Shown here one piece after another: positions 1 through 11,976 of a stretch of 64,000 nt of DNA. The stretch comes from Clostridia bacterium (GTDB lineage: Bacteria; Bacillota; Clostridia; Christensenellales; Aristaeellaceae). The stretch spans positions 31,695 through 95,694 of the forward strand of contig JAFWEJ010000013.1 in assembly GCA_017512985.1 (NCBI GenBank), in the 5' to 3' direction. Below the pieces are notes generated by a model that was given only the letters and a program-made list of their open reading frames with translations, was not told where the DNA came from and did no database searches. The translations under genes and the position numbers were made by a program. The stretch's first letter is position 1; every line of letters begins with the position of its first letter.

Positions 1-1307
1 ATGCGGAAATGGCGGTATTCCTTTTTCGCCGGTTCACCGTCAATGAACACGACCATCGCGGCCACGCTCTGGACGCCCTGGGTGTTCGAGATATCATAGC
101 CTTCGATCCGCCGGGGATAACGGTCCATCCCCAGGATCTTTCCGAGGTTCTTCGCCGCCTCCACGGTGCGCTCCTCATGCACCGTGCGCCGGGCGTTCCG
201 CTTCAGCAGCGCGTCCTCCGCGTTCTTCGCGGCCAGCTGCACCAGCTCGTGCTTTTCCCCGCGCCGGGGAGTCGCCACGGTCACCGCAGCGCCCTTCTTC
301 TCCCGCAGCCAGGCTTCCAGCTGTTCCGCCGCGCCGTCCGGCAGCGTCTGGCACAGGACGTTCCGCGGAATCAGTCCGGCCTGCTCATAATACTGGGTCA
401 TAAAGGAGGCGATGACCTCGCCCGGGTCCTCCCCGCCTTCCCGCGGCAGGGCAAAGTGGTCCCCGCCCACCATGCGGCCGCCCCGCACATACAGGATCTG
501 AACCATCGCGTCCAGGCCGTCCTGCGCCAGGGCGATCAGGTCCTGCTCGCTCCGGTCGGTCCGCAGGGCGATCTGCCGCTCCATCAGGCCCTCCACGTCC
601 TTGATCTTGTCCCGGATCTTCGCGGCCTTTTCATACCGCATTGCCGCGGCGGCGGCTTCCATGTCAGCCTTCAGCTTCTTTACGACGCTCTCATAGTCGC
701 CGTCCAGGAAGTTCAGCACGCCCTCCATCATCGCCCGGTAGGTTTCCTCCGTGCACTTTCCGGCGCAGGGCGCCATGCAGCGGCCGATGTCATAGTTCAT
801 GCAGGGCCGTTTCGGGCTCTTCGCCGGCAGCGCCTGGCGGCATGAACGGATCGGAAACACGTCCCGCACCGCCTCGATTACCTGGCGCACGGCATTCGCG
901 CCGATATACGGGCCGAAATACTTTGCCCCGTCCTTCTCCATCCGCCGGCAGATCTCCAGCCGCGGGAACGTCTGCCGCATGTCCGCCTTCAGGTAGGGAT
1001 AGTGTTTGTCGTCCTTCAGCAGGATGTTGTAGTAAGGCCTGTGCAGTTTGATCAGGTTGCATTCCAGGATCAGCGCTTCCAGGTTCGTTTCGCACAGCAG
1101 GATGTCGAAATCGTCAATGTGCGCGATCATCGCCGCCACCTTGGGCGTGTGGGCGGTATCGCGGAAATAGCTCCGGACCCGGTTCTTCAGGTTCACCGCC
1201 TTGCCGACGTAGATGATCTCTCCCCTGCTGTCCTTCATCAGGTAGCAGCCCGGGGAATCCGGCAGCATCCGGATCTTTTCCTCCAGTTTTTCTCCCCAGC
1301 CGGTCAC
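1..1307 (-). CDS. uvrC: Excinuclease ABC subunit C (3' part runs off window)
   Basis: Manual translation from GTG at 1307 gives MTGWGEKLEEKIRMLPDSPGCYLMKDSRGEIIYVGKAVNLKNRVRSYF, the GIY-YIG N-terminus of UvrC; not in the ORF track because it is truncated. Confidence 0.95.
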   Translation of the reverse strand, partial: MTGWGEKLEEKIRMLPDSPGCYLMKDSRGEIIYVGKAVNLKNRVRSYFRDTAHTPKVAAMIAHIDDFDILLCETNLEALILECNLIKLHRPYYNILLKDDKHYPYLKADMRQTFPRLEICRRMEKDGAKYFGPYIGANAVRQVIEAVRDVFPIRSCRQALPAKSPKRPCMNYDIGRCMAPCAGKCTEETYRAMMEGVLNFLDGDYESVVKKLKADMEAAAAAMRYEKAAKIRDKIKDVEGLMERQIALRTDRSEQDLIALAQDGLDAMVQILYVRGGRMVGGDHFALPREGGEDPGEVIASFMTQYYEQAGLIPRNVLCQTLPDGAAEQLEAWLREKKGAAVTVATPRRGEKHELVQLAAKNAEDALLKRNARRTVHEERTVEAAKNLGKILGMDRYPRRIEGYDISNTQGVQSVAAMVVFIDGEPAKKEYRHFR

Positions 1308-1363
1308 TGCCTTCTCCCCCTTTCGGATATGAAAAGAAGCGGGAGCCCCGCTTCCGTTCCTGT

Positions 1364-1840
1364 TTATTTCAGGTCAATCAGCAGTTCCTGCAGTTCTGCC
1401 AGTGAATTCTGCAGGTTCGTCGTGTATCCGCCCGTATCCATGCCTGTCGTCAGGTATTGCAGGTACTGGTCCACCATATTCTGCAGCGTCAGCAGCCGTT
1501 CATCCTCCAGCAGCCGGTTCCCTTCGGCGCCGCTCAGGCTGTTGATGGCCCGGATGGCATGGACGTTGCTGCGGATGCGGGAAAGGATCGCGGCGGAATC
1601 CGCGCCCGCGGTCCGGCTGAGCGCGTTCGTTTCGTTATTCGCTTCCTTGCATTCCTTCTGGATCTGCTGGATATAGTTCGCGCGGTTGTCATCCCGGCTC
1701 TTCATCAGCGGCAGGCTGATCACCAGCAGCACCGCCAGCGCGATCAGCAGCAGCATAATCAGGATATTCTTGATCCGGTTCCGGTTGACCTGTGAAAGAG
1801 GCATACTGCCGTCGCCCATCTGGGAATAACGTCTGTACAC
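1364..1840 (-). CDS. Hypothetical single-TM protein with helical C-terminal domain
   Basis: ORF with hydrophobic stretch ILIMLLLIALAVLLVISLPLM; GTG at 1840 preceded by GGAGG. Confidence 0.7.
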   Translation of the reverse strand: MYRRYSQMGDGSMPLSQVNRNRIKNILIMLLLIALAVLLVISLPLMKSRDDNRANYIQQIQKECKEANNETNALSRTAGADSAAILSRIRSNVHAIRAINSLSGAEGNRLLEDERLLTLQNMVDQYLQYLTTGMDTGGYTTNLQNSLAELQELLIDLK

Positions 1841-1916
1841 AGCTCTCCCTCCTTTTCCGGGGTATTGTAACATAATCGCAATATTTTGTAAACAATGCAT
1901 TCCGGCACCACAAGAT

Positions 1917-1955
1917 ACGGAAAAGGAGACGGGCCCCGGCCCGTCTCCTTCCGTA
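1917..1955 (-). terminator. Hairpin/putative terminator after GNAT genes
   Basis: Inverted repeat aaggagacgggc/gcccgtctcctt. Confidence 0.55.
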
Positions 1956-1963
1956 TATCCGGA

Positions 1964-3001
1964 TCATCGCCTGATTTCCATGTAAACGTCTTTTTCGCTG
2001 CGGTCGTACTCCCGGAAACCGCATTTTTCATATACGCGGATCGCCCTGTGGTTTTCGGGGAACACGCGCAGGCAGACCCTTTTCAGCCCGAGCCGGTTAA
2101 AACCGTATGCCAGCAGGGCCGGAATGGCTTCCGTTCCGAATCCTTTGTCCTGCTTCTCCGCCGTGATGGCGATGCCGAGTTCCGCTTCGCCGTCTTTGGG
2201 TTCCATCAGCTCAATGTTGCCGATAAACTGCCCGCCTGCCTTCTCGATCATGGAAAAGACCTGCGCGTTTTTCTCCAGGTTCTCCTTCACCCAGCTGATC
2301 TCCGATTCTTCCGTGTAGGGATCGTGGGCGCCTCCGAGAAACCGGTCAACATGCTCAATATCGTTGATCATCACCAGATAGTCGGGAATCAGCTGTTCGG
2401 ATACCTCCACAAAGCTGATCCGCTCCGATTCAAAAACCTGTTTCAGGTTCCGCTGTTCCATTTTTTTCTCCTTCAGCGCTTCCCATTCCGCCCGCGTGAT
2501 CGCCCAGGCACAGGAAACCGTGTTTTGGGGATCCGGGTATTCCTTGATCTTCCTCATTCCGTTCGCCCGGGCGGTGGCCTGGGAAGCCTCATTGGTATAC
2601 TTCATCCAGGACCAGACGGCATCGTACTGCGTATGCCGGAAGAACCAGTCCCGCGCGGCCCGCGCCGCCTCTTTGGCGCAGCCCCGCCTCCAGTACTTTT
2701 TGTGGATGTGGTATCCGATCTCCGGGAGCGTCTCCCCGTCGATCTCCTGCAGGGTAATGCCGCAGTCCCCGATGAACCCGCCTGTCTCCTTCAGCACGAC
2801 AGCCCACAACCCGAACCCGTATTTTTCATAATTTTCCAGGTTCCATTCGATCCAGCGCCTTGTCCTGTCCGCGTCAAAAGGCGCCGGATAATGCCGCATG
2901 GTCTCCGGATCGGACATGATCTCATAAAGCGCGTCAAAATCATCCGCCGTATACTGCCTCAAAAAGAGGCGTTCCGTCTCGATCACGGTGGTTTCCGCCA
3001 T
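1964..3001 (-). CDS. Tandem two-domain GNAT (RimJ/RimL-like) N-acetyltransferase
   Basis: Domain 1: IETERLFLR...EIGYHIHKKYWRRGCAKEAA...NEASQA; domain 2: FESERI...ELGIAI...QDKGFGTEA...ENHRAIRVYEKCGF. Confidence 0.85.
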   Translation of the reverse strand: MAETTVIETERLFLRQYTADDFDALYEIMSDPETMRHYPAPFDADRTRRWIEWNLENYEKYGFGLWAVVLKETGGFIGDCGITLQEIDGETLPEIGYHIHKKYWRRGCAKEAARAARDWFFRHTQYDAVWSWMKYTNEASQATARANGMRKIKEYPDPQNTVSCAWAITRAEWEALKEKKMEQRNLKQVFESERISFVEVSEQLIPDYLVMINDIEHVDRFLGGAHDPYTEESEISWVKENLEKNAQVFSMIEKAGGQFIGNIELMEPKDGEAELGIAITAEKQDKGFGTEAIPALLAYGFNRLGLKRVCLRVFPENHRAIRVYEKCGFREYDRSEKDVYMEIRR

Positions 3002-3039
3002 GTTTTTCCCTCCTGTCAGATGCCGGATGCGTTGCCGTT

Positions 3040-3522
3040 TCACAGCAAAACCTTCATATATCCGCAGGTGAAAGGGAAAAAATCAAATTTCTCCGTCCCG
3101 GTATGAACCGCTCCGTTGCGTTCATACCATTTCCGCAGCACCCTGTTCTCTTCCACGATGCTCAGGTTCATAACGCTGCGGTTTTGCTCCCGGGCCCTGT
3201 CCATAGCATGCTTCAGCAGCGCTGTCCCGATCCCCCGGTGCCTGTATTCCGGCAGCACGGAAAGGCTGCCCAGTTCGCATTCGCCGTTGTCCTGCGGAAG
3301 CAGCGAATAAAAACCGCAGATCACGCCGTCTTCCTCGTCCAGGACCATCAGCCGGTGTTGCTGATCCATCTGCCAGAGCAGGCGGCCTTCGTCCGTGGCA
3401 AAGGCGACATACCGAGGCGCGTTTTCCGGTGTAAAGCCGAATTCATCCGCCACCGTCTGATGGCTGCGCCGGATCACCCGGACGCATTCCGGGATCTCTT
3501 CCCGCCTGACTTCCCTGATCAT
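3040..3522 (-). CDS. GNAT family N-acetyltransferase
   Basis: Motif A LSVLPEYRHRGIGTALL. Confidence 0.9.
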   Translation of the reverse strand: MIREVRREEIPECVRVIRRSHQTVADEFGFTPENAPRYVAFATDEGRLLWQMDQQHRLMVLDEEDGVICGFYSLLPQDNGECELGSLSVLPEYRHRGIGTALLKHAMDRAREQNRSVMNLSIVEENRVLRKWYERNGAVHTGTEKFDFFPFTCGYMKVLL

Positions 3523-3537
3523 ATGTTTCCTTTCCTC

Positions 3538-3840
3538 CTATATATAATCAAAAATCCCTTGAATTGTATCAACAATATCCATCAATTCAGGAAGAGAAAT
3601 ACAATCTGTTATTGAGAACCTTCTGTTATTCAGATCCACAACACGCAATTGATCACAGTAAACAAATCCTTTGGTTTTAACGCTTTTACATCTTATTCTC
3701 AATGGTCCGGCAACTGCGTTTGGAAGAATCGGGCAGGCCATAACCAGACCGCTCTCATTGAAGAAATTTTTGCTGACAACCAGCACCGGATACTGTATGG
3801 ATGCGATTTTTAAAATATTTCCCTGTTCCGCTTTCAGCAT
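3538..3840 (-). CDS. PemK/MazF-like toxin (short, divergent)
   Basis: QGNI...PVLVVSKNFFN...VMACPI...CDQLRVVDL pattern; 1 bp downstream of AbrB/MazE-like gene; low GC. Confidence 0.75.
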   Translation of the reverse strand: MLKAEQGNILKIASIQYPVLVVSKNFFNESGLVMACPILPNAVAGPLRIRCKSVKTKGFVYCDQLRVVDLNNRRFSITDCISLPELMDIVDTIQGIFDYI

Positions 3841-3841
3841 A

Positions 3842-4087
3842 TCACCATACCTCGTTCCCAACAGGGTCGCCTCTCCAGTCTGTTTCACCGTCAAGGTTCA
3901 GTTTGCCATCGTATTCTGCTGCACGTTCCTCCAGTGTTTTGTGTTTGAAAGAGCGATATAAAACGATATGGCCGTTTTCTGCTTTGACCGTCAGCGTGTC
4001 ATCCGGCTGGAATCCTGCCTCGTTCAGCACTGTTTTAGGCAAGCGAATGCCCTGGCTGTTTCCCCATGGCTTAAGCTGTACTTCCAT
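3842..4087 (-). CDS. AbrB/MazE family antitoxin
   Basis: KPWGNSQGIRLPK motif and C-terminal DWRGDPVGNEVW typical of MazE. Confidence 0.9.
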   Translation of the reverse strand: MEVQLKPWGNSQGIRLPKTVLNEAGFQPDDTLTVKAENGHIVLYRSFKHKTLEERAAEYDGKLNLDGETDWRGDPVGNEVW

Positions 4088-4132
4088 CTGTATTCCTCCT
4101 GAAATGTTATACGATGTATGCTTGTTTCTACT

Positions 4133-4169
4133 GTATATACATTATATACTCCTCAAATTCCATTGTCAA
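4133..4169 (-). promoter_or_regulatory. Sigma-A promoter of TA operon with overlapping palindromic operator
   Basis: TTGACA-17nt-TATAAT on minus strand; dyad GTATATA-n3-TATATAC (4133-4149) overlaps the -10. Confidence 0.8.
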
Positions 4170-4231
4170 CATCGGAAAACTGTGCCTATATTCTGTTCTC
4201 TGGTATTTATTTGATCTCTGTTTATCACTGT

Positions 4232-4262
4232 AAAGAAAAAAGGCGGAGAATTTTCTCCGTCT
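4232..4262 (-). terminator. Rho-independent terminator of MATE gene
   Basis: Stem gacggagaa/ttctccgcc followed by a T-run on the minus strand. Confidence 0.65.
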
Positions 4263-4272
4263 ATACACCTTT

Positions 4273-5685
4273 TCAGGCCGCCCTGTGTAATCTGATCACC
4301 TTGCCCCGGTTTACTTCCGTGGCGCCTGCGCCCATCAGCATCCTCCCGCGCAGGGCTGTCATCAGCCGGAAATAGCAGGGAAACAGGAATAGGTCCGCCA
4401 TTATCCAGGCCGCGGGATTGGCGAAGCAGGCGCCTGCAAACCCGGCCGCCGGCACTACCAGCAGCGCCACGGCCGTCCTCGCCAGCATCTCGGACAGGCC
4501 GGCAAACATCGCGACCCGCGTATAGCCCATTCCCTGGATACACAGCCGCAGGATATTCACAAACAGCAGCGGAATATAGAACGCGGCGTTGATCTTCAGG
4601 TACCGGAACCCCATCTCCATGACAGCCGCGTTTTCCCCGCTGTCAATGAACAGGCCCAGCAGCCGGTCGCCGAACAGCAGCACAACGCCCAGCGCGATCA
4701 CGCAGTAGGCGATGCCCAGCACGGACGCGGAGCGAAGTCCCGCCCTGACCCGGTCCGGTTTCCCGGCGCCGATATTCTGTCCGGCAAACGTCGCCATTGT
4801 GGATGCCAGCGCGTCAAACACACAGGCAAAGAACATGCTCAGTTTGCTGGCGGCGCTGACTGCCGCCACCGCGTTCACTCCCAGCCCGTTCACGGACCAC
4901 TGGACCATCACCGAGCCGATGGCCGTAATGGAAAACTGCAGTCCCATGGGCAGGCCAATTCCCAGCATGGAACGCGCCCGCTTTACGGAAAACCGCCGGT
5001 CTTCCTTTGTCAGTTTCAGGATCGGGAACCGCCGGATCATGACGATCAGGCAGCCCAGTCCGGCAATCAGCTGGCTGACCGCCGTGGCGACAGCCGCGCC
5101 GGCAACGTCCATTCCGCAGGCAATAATCAGGAACAGGTCCAGTGCGATATTCACCAGTGACGCAAGGATCAGGAACAGCACCGGCGTCCTGCTGTCGCCC
5201 AGGGAGCGGAGAATGCCGCTGGCCATATTGTAAAGCACACAGCAGGGAATAGCCGCAAAGATGATCCGGATATAGGCAGCCGAAGAATCAAGGATCTCCT
5301 CCGGCGTATTCATCAACCGCAGCAGCGGCTTGCACAGCAGCGTTGCCGCAAGGCCGAACACCAGGCTCAGTCCCGCGCTGAGGACCGCCGCGTGCCAGAC
5401 GCTCCGCCTGACCTCATGCTCGTCCTTCGCGCCGAAAGCCTGCGCAATCGGAATCGCGAAACCGGAACAAAAGCCCAGGCAAAGGCCGATCACCAGGAAA
5501 TTAACCGAACCTGTGGCGCCGACAGCCGCCAGTTTTTCCGCGCCCAGATACCGGCCCACGACGGCCGTATCCACAAAGCTGTAGAACTGCTGGAACAGCA
5601 GCCCGAACAGCAGCGGCGCCGCAAAGGAAAGAACCAGCTTCAGCGGTTTCCCTTCCGTCAGATCCCTTGTCATGGAACGTGCCAT
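4273..5685 (-). CDS. MATE family efflux transporter
   Basis: DLTEGKPLKLVLSFAAP...QQFYSFVDTAVVGRYLG, RSLGDSRTP, GQNIGAGK motifs; many TM segments. Confidence 0.95.
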   Translation of the reverse strand: MARSMTRDLTEGKPLKLVLSFAAPLLFGLLFQQFYSFVDTAVVGRYLGAEKLAAVGATGSVNFLVIGLCLGFCSGFAIPIAQAFGAKDEHEVRRSVWHAAVLSAGLSLVFGLAATLLCKPLLRLMNTPEEILDSSAAYIRIIFAAIPCCVLYNMASGILRSLGDSRTPVLFLILASLVNIALDLFLIIACGMDVAGAAVATAVSQLIAGLGCLIVMIRRFPILKLTKEDRRFSVKRARSMLGIGLPMGLQFSITAIGSVMVQWSVNGLGVNAVAAVSAASKLSMFFACVFDALASTMATFAGQNIGAGKPDRVRAGLRSASVLGIAYCVIALGVVLLFGDRLLGLFIDSGENAAVMEMGFRYLKINAAFYIPLLFVNILRLCIQGMGYTRVAMFAGLSEMLARTAVALLVVPAAGFAGACFANPAAWIMADLFLFPCYFRLMTALRGRMLMGAGATEVNRGKVIRLHRAA

Positions 5686-5809
5686 GCCTTTCCTGCTCCT
5701 TCCGCAAACAATCGGTTTGCTGCGATGTTATATCACTTTCTTCCGCTTCTTGCAATCCTCTTCTTTTGGTTGATATTCCGCCGTTTCGGGCATTGTTTCC
5801 GCGTTCCGG

Positions 5810-5847
5810 AAAAAGAAAACCCGCACAGTATTCACTGTGCGGGTTTC
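5810..5847 (-). terminator. Terminator ending the S10-spc cluster after rpmJ
   Basis: Stem aaacccgcacagt/actgtgcgggttt followed by a T-run on the minus strand. Confidence 0.85.
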
Positions 5848-5853
5848 GGTTGC

Positions 5854-6212
<359 letters not shown>

Positions 6213-6284
6213 GAATCAGTCCCCCTCTCGATGTCGCGCGTGGTGCGCGAGGCGGTACAACGCCCGCGGTGCGCGCACGAAACC

Positions 6285-6565
6285 TTACGAGCGTTCTTCG
6301 GCAAAACCGTTTGCTTCCAGCGCTCTTCTCAGGTCGCTGTTCTGCAGTGCGCCGCCCTCCGGCCGTAAGGCCTTCAGGTCCAGCAGGACCGGTTTCGCAC
6401 GCAGATGTTTCGTCTTCTTCTTCTTCGGGTTTTCCAGTTTGTGGCGGCGTCCGTCAGCGATCGTCACGATGCCTTCGGCTGCTTCCATGACCAGGAAAAA
6501 GTTCCCTTTGTCCCTGCCCTGGATGCTTTCCACCACCCTGCCCGGTTCAAAGGTGAAAGGTTCTT

Positions 6566-6569
<4 letters not shown>
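6285..6569 (-). CDS. KOW-domain (L14e-like) RNA-binding protein
   Basis: GRVVESIQGRDKG...IADGRRHKLENPKKKKTKHL; usual position between map and infA. Confidence 0.9.
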
Positions 6570-8067
<1,498 letters not shown>

Positions 8068-8089
8068 CGGATTTATGTAAGCCTGCGGC

Positions 8090-9364
8090 TTACATGAAAC
8101 CGTCCATGTCCATGTCGATGCCGCGGACGCTCATCTCACCCTGGATAGTCCGGATGGTTTCAAGCGATACGCTCACAGCGATCAGGATGGAACTTGCGGC
8201 GAAGGGCACCTGCACGCCGGCCAGCCGCAGGAGCAGCGTGGGAACGGCGGCCAGGATGGCCAGGAAGAATGCCGCGAACAGGTTCAGGCGGTTCATGATG
8301 TTCTGCAGGTACTGCCGGATATTCTTGCCCCGCTGTCCGGGGATCACGGCGCCCTGCTGCTGCAGCTGTTCCGCCTGCTGTTTGGGATCAAAGCTGATAG
8401 AGGAATAGAAGAAAGTGAAGGCGATGATCAGCAGGGCGGAAATGATCAGGTACCAGACAGAGCCGGTGGACATGTTCCGCAGCCACCACTGGGTGAACCA
8501 GCCTTCCGCTTTCGGGTCGATCAGCTGGGCGATCGTTCCGGGGAACGCCAGGAAGGAGTAGGCGAAGATCAGGGGCAGCACGCCGACAGAGACCACTTTC
8601 AGGCTCATGTGGGTGTTCTGTCCGCCGTATACGCGGCGGCCCTTCACCTGCTTGGCGATCTGCAGGGGAATCCTGCGCTCGCCCAGTTCCACGAAGGTCA
8701 CGATCACGGTCATCAGGATACAGGTCACGACGATCACCAGCAGGTTGATCCAGCCGGAGGTCGTGCCGGAAGTCGTGGCGGTCTGGAAACCGGACACGAT
8801 GCCGTTGAACAGGTTGCTGATGATGCCGACGAAGATCAGCAGGGACACGCCGTTGCCGACGCCCTTCTCAGTGATCCGCTCGCCGATCCACATGGCCAGA
8901 GCGGTACCGCCTGCCATGCTCACGCCGACCAGCACATAGTTCAGCCAGCCGGACCGGATATAGCCCAGGCCGCGAACCAGGCCGATGGCCTGCAGCGCCG
9001 CGAGGCCGACCGTCACATACCGGGTGATCCGGTTGATCTTCTGGCGGCCGTCTTCTTCCTTGCTCAGCCGCTCGAGGGCGGGAATGGCAATGGTCAGCAG
9101 CTGCATAATAATGCTCGCGTTGATGTAGGGTGTAATACCCATGGCCATCAGGGTCATCTGGCTGAAGGCGTTACCGGTCATCATGTTGACCAGCTCCAGC
9201 AGCGGCAGGGTGGTCGTGTTGTTCTGGCTCATGACCTTCGCAACATCGACGCCGGGCGCCGGGATCACGCCGACCAGACGGAAAAGCACCAGCATCAGGA
9301 AGGTGTAGAGGATCTTCTTGCGGAGCTCCCCGATCTTCCACATTTTACGAATGCTTTCAATCAT
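8090..9364 (-). CDS. secY: Preprotein translocase subunit SecY
   Basis: MGITPYINASIIMQLL, WIGERITEKGVGNGVSLLIF. Confidence 0.98.
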   Translation of the reverse strand: MIESIRKMWKIGELRKKILYTFLMLVLFRLVGVIPAPGVDVAKVMSQNNTTTLPLLELVNMMTGNAFSQMTLMAMGITPYINASIIMQLLTIAIPALERLSKEEDGRQKINRITRYVTVGLAALQAIGLVRGLGYIRSGWLNYVLVGVSMAGGTALAMWIGERITEKGVGNGVSLLIFVGIISNLFNGIVSGFQTATTSGTTSGWINLLVIVVTCILMTVIVTFVELGERRIPLQIAKQVKGRRVYGGQNTHMSLKVVSVGVLPLIFAYSFLAFPGTIAQLIDPKAEGWFTQWWLRNMSTGSVWYLIISALLIIAFTFFYSSISFDPKQQAEQLQQQGAVIPGQRGKNIRQYLQNIMNRLNLFAAFFLAILAAVPTLLLRLAGVQVPFAASSILIAVSVSLETIRTIQGEMSVRGIDMDMDGFM

Positions 9365-9365
9365 T

Positions 9366-9806
9366 TCAGATCACCTCGGCCTTTCCGCCGACGGCTTCGA
9401 TCTTTTCCTTGGCGGTGCCGGAGAACGCGGCCGCTTTCACGGTCAGCTTCTTCGTCAGGTCGCCTACGCCGAGAATCTTCACGCCGTCCAGTTCCTTGCG
9501 GATGATCTTCTTTTCGAGCAGGGCCGCGGCGTCAACCACGTCGCCGTTCTCGAAGACTTCCAGGCGTTCCACATTCACGACAGCATACTCAGTACCGAAC
9601 ACGTTGTTGAATCCGCGCTTGGGTACCCGGCGGTACAGGGGCATCTGGCCGCCTTCAAATCCGGGCCGCTTGCCGCCGCCGCTGCGGGCTTTGGCACCCT
9701 TGTGACCTTTACCGGAGGTCTTGCCCAGGCCGGATCCGGCGCCGCGGCCAAGCCGCTTCTGAGCGGAAGTGGACCCTTCGGCGGGATGCAGTTCATGCAG
9801 TTTCAT
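9366..9806 (-). CDS. rplO: 50S ribosomal protein L15
   Basis: [35 protein letters not shown]. Confidence 0.98.
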   Translation of the reverse strand: MKLHELHPAEGSTSAQKRLGRGAGSGLGKTSGKGHKGAKARSGGGKRPGFEGGQMPLYRRVPKRGFNNVFGTEYAVVNVERLEVFENGDVVDAAALLEKKIIRKELDGVKILGVGDLTKKLTVKAAAFSGTAKEKIEAVGGKAEVI

Positions 9807-9822
9807 AGGGGTTCAACCTCCT

Positions 9823-10005
9823 TTATTCGTCAACTTCCTCAACCTTCACCATGTGCTTCACGGCGAAGATCTGGCCCCGGATAGCGGGGTTATCGGGCTG
9901 GGTTACCGAGTGGCCGACTTTGCGCAGGCCCAGGGCGGCAACCGTCGCCTTATGCTTGGGCAGGCTGGCGATCGGAGACTTCACCAGGGTAATCTTCAGT
10001 TTCAT
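9823..10005 (-). CDS. rpmD: 50S ribosomal protein L30
   Basis: [12 protein letters not shown]...[11 protein letters not shown]. Confidence 0.96.
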   Translation of the reverse strand: MKLKITLVKSPIASLPKHKATVAALGLRKVGHSVTQPDNPAIRGQIFAVKHMVKVEEVDE

Positions 10006-10018
10006 CTCTTTGCCCTCC

Positions 10019-10516
10019 TTATCCCAGGATCTCTTCCACGGTCTTGCCGCGCATCTTGGCAACCTGCTCGGCGCTGCGCACCTGCTTCAGGGCTTCGATC
10101 GTGGCCTTCACCATGTTGATCGGATTGTTGGTTCCGAAACTCTTGGTCCGGATATCCTTGATGCCGGCCATTTCCAGCACGGCACGGGCAGCGCCGCCCG
10201 CGATCACGCCGGTACCTTCCGGAGCGGGGATCAGCACGGACTTCGCAGTGGAATAATATCCGGTCATCTCATGGGGAATGGTGGTGCCTTCCAGGGGCAC
10301 GTTCACCATATGCTTCTTCGCGTCTTCATTGGCCTTGCGGATGGCTTCCGGAATTTCGGCAGCCTTGCCCATGCCGGCGCCTACGCGGCCGTTTTCATCG
10401 CCAACGACGACCAGAGCGCTGAACCGCATGTTGCGGCCGCCCTTGACGGTCTTGCTGACGCGGTTGACGGCAACCAGGCGCTCTTTGAATTCGCTGACCT
10501 GTTCTGTGCGTTGCAT
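10019..10516 (-). CDS. rpsE: 30S ribosomal protein S5
   Basis: [11 protein letters not shown]...[12 protein letters not shown]. Confidence 0.98.
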   Translation of the reverse strand: MQRTEQVSEFKERLVAVNRVSKTVKGGRNMRFSALVVVGDENGRVGAGMGKAAEIPEAIRKANEDAKKHMVNVPLEGTTIPHEMTGYYSTAKSVLIPAPEGTGVIAGGAARAVLEMAGIKDIRTKSFGTNNPINMVKATIEALKQVRSAEQVAKMRGKTVEEILG

Positions 10517-10533
10517 TTGCGTCGTCCTCCTTC

Positions 10534-10902
10534 TCAGAATTCAAGTCCGGCTTCCCGTGCGCCTTCCGCCACAGAGGCGATGCGCCCGGTGTACATGTAC
10601 CCTCCGCGGTCAAAGACCACGGTCTTGATGCCGGCTTCGACGGCGCGCTCCGCGATGAGCTTGCCCACGAGTTTGGCGGCACCCTTCTTGTCCACTTCGT
10701 CCAGCTGGCCTTTCAGAGCCGGATCCATCGTGCTGGCGCTCACCAGGGTCACGCCCTTGGTGTCGTCAATGATCTGGGCCTGAATGTGCTTGTTGGAGCG
10801 ATATACGGAAAGACGCGGGGCTTCGGGTGTGCCGCTGATCTTTTTCCGTACCCGTGCGTGACGGATCACGCGAATTTCATTCCGGTCACGTTTTTTAAAC
10901 AT
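10534..10902 (-). CDS. rplR: 50S ribosomal protein L18
   Basis: [22 protein letters not shown]. Confidence 0.98.
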   Translation of the reverse strand: MFKKRDRNEIRVIRHARVRKKISGTPEAPRLSVYRSNKHIQAQIIDDTKGVTLVSASTMDPALKGQLDEVDKKGAAKLVGKLIAERAVEAGIKTVVFDRGGYMYTGRIASVAEGAREAGLEF

Positions 10903-10920
10903 CTGCAGTCACTCCCTCTC

Positions 10921-11460
10921 TTATTTACCGGTCTTGCCTTCTTTACGGCGGATGTGCTCATTCTGGTACTTGATGCCCTTGCCCAGGTAGGGTTCAGGCT
11001 TCCGGATGGCACGGATGTCCGCCGCGAGGTTACCGACTTGCTGTTTGTTGCTTCCCTTGACCACGATGGTGGTCTGGTTCGGGGTCTCGTAGGTGATGCC
11101 TTCGGGAGCCTCGAGAACCACCGGATGGCTGAAGCCGATGTTGATGGTCAGGGTCTTGCCTTCCGCGCTGGCGCGGTAGCCGGTGCCGACCATTTCCAGG
11201 GTCTTGGTGAAACCGTCGGTCACGCCGACGACCATGTTGTGCACCAGTGCCCGGTACAGGCCGTGCATGGCCTTGTGGGGCTTGGATTCGCTGGGGCGTT
11301 CAAGCGTCAGGACGTTGCCTTCCTGCTTGAGGGTGATGGCCGGATTCACCTGCTGGGTCAGGGTGCCCTTGGGGCCCTTCACCGTTACCAGGTTGTTCTC
11401 ATCCACTGTCACCGTCACGCCCGCGGGTACTGTGATCGGAAGTTTTCCGATTCGAGACAT
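10921..11460 (-). CDS. rplF: 50S ribosomal protein L6
   Basis: MSRIGKLPI, PEPYLGKGIKY. Confidence 0.98.
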   Translation of the reverse strand: MSRIGKLPITVPAGVTVTVDENNLVTVKGPKGTLTQQVNPAITLKQEGNVLTLERPSESKPHKAMHGLYRALVHNMVVGVTDGFTKTLEMVGTGYRASAEGKTLTINIGFSHPVVLEAPEGITYETPNQTTIVVKGSNKQQVGNLAADIRAIRKPEPYLGKGIKYQNEHIRRKEGKTGK

Positions 11461-11554
11461 TTTGTCATTCCTCCTCTGCGGTCAGTAACACGAATGTTTT
11501 TTGCCATATTGCGGCAAATTTCTACCCGTTACGACTCTTTTGCGTGAACGGTGA

Positions 11555-11956
11555 TTACCAGATGTACGCCAGCACTTCGCCGCCGATTTCGGCCTTCCGT
11601 GCTTCCTTGTCGGTCATCAGGCCCTTGCTGGTGCTGATGATGGCGATGCCCAGGCCGCCGAGAACCTTCGGCAGCTCTTCGCTGCGGGCGTACACCCGCA
11701 GGCCGGGCTTGGAGATGCGCTTCAGACCCGCGATCACGGGGGTCTGCTTGCCGTTCAGATATTTCAGGGTGATCTTGATCTCGCCCTGGAGTCCGTCATC
11801 AATAAAGTCAACCGCCTTGATGTATCCCTCGTTCAGAAGGATCTTCGCGATCGCCTTCTTGGTATTGCTGGCGGGCATGGTCACGGCGTCGTGCCGGGCC
11901 ACCTGTCCGTTGCGGATGCGGGTGAGCATATCGGCGATGGGATCGTTAACTACCAT
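11555..11956 (-). CDS. rpsH: 30S ribosomal protein S8
   Basis: [25 protein letters not shown]. Confidence 0.98.
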   Translation of the reverse strand: MVVNDPIADMLTRIRNGQVARHDAVTMPASNTKKAIAKILLNEGYIKAVDFIDDGLQGEIKITLKYLNGKQTPVIAGLKRISKPGLRVYARSEELPKVLGGLGIAIISTSKGLMTDKEARKAEIGGEVLAYIW

Positions 11957-11976
11957 TTCCTGTCTCCTCCTTTCGC

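Noticed and set aside
3538-4270. AT-rich segment as an integrated mobile element
   Set aside because: No integrase, transposase or terminal repeats found; only a compositional shift
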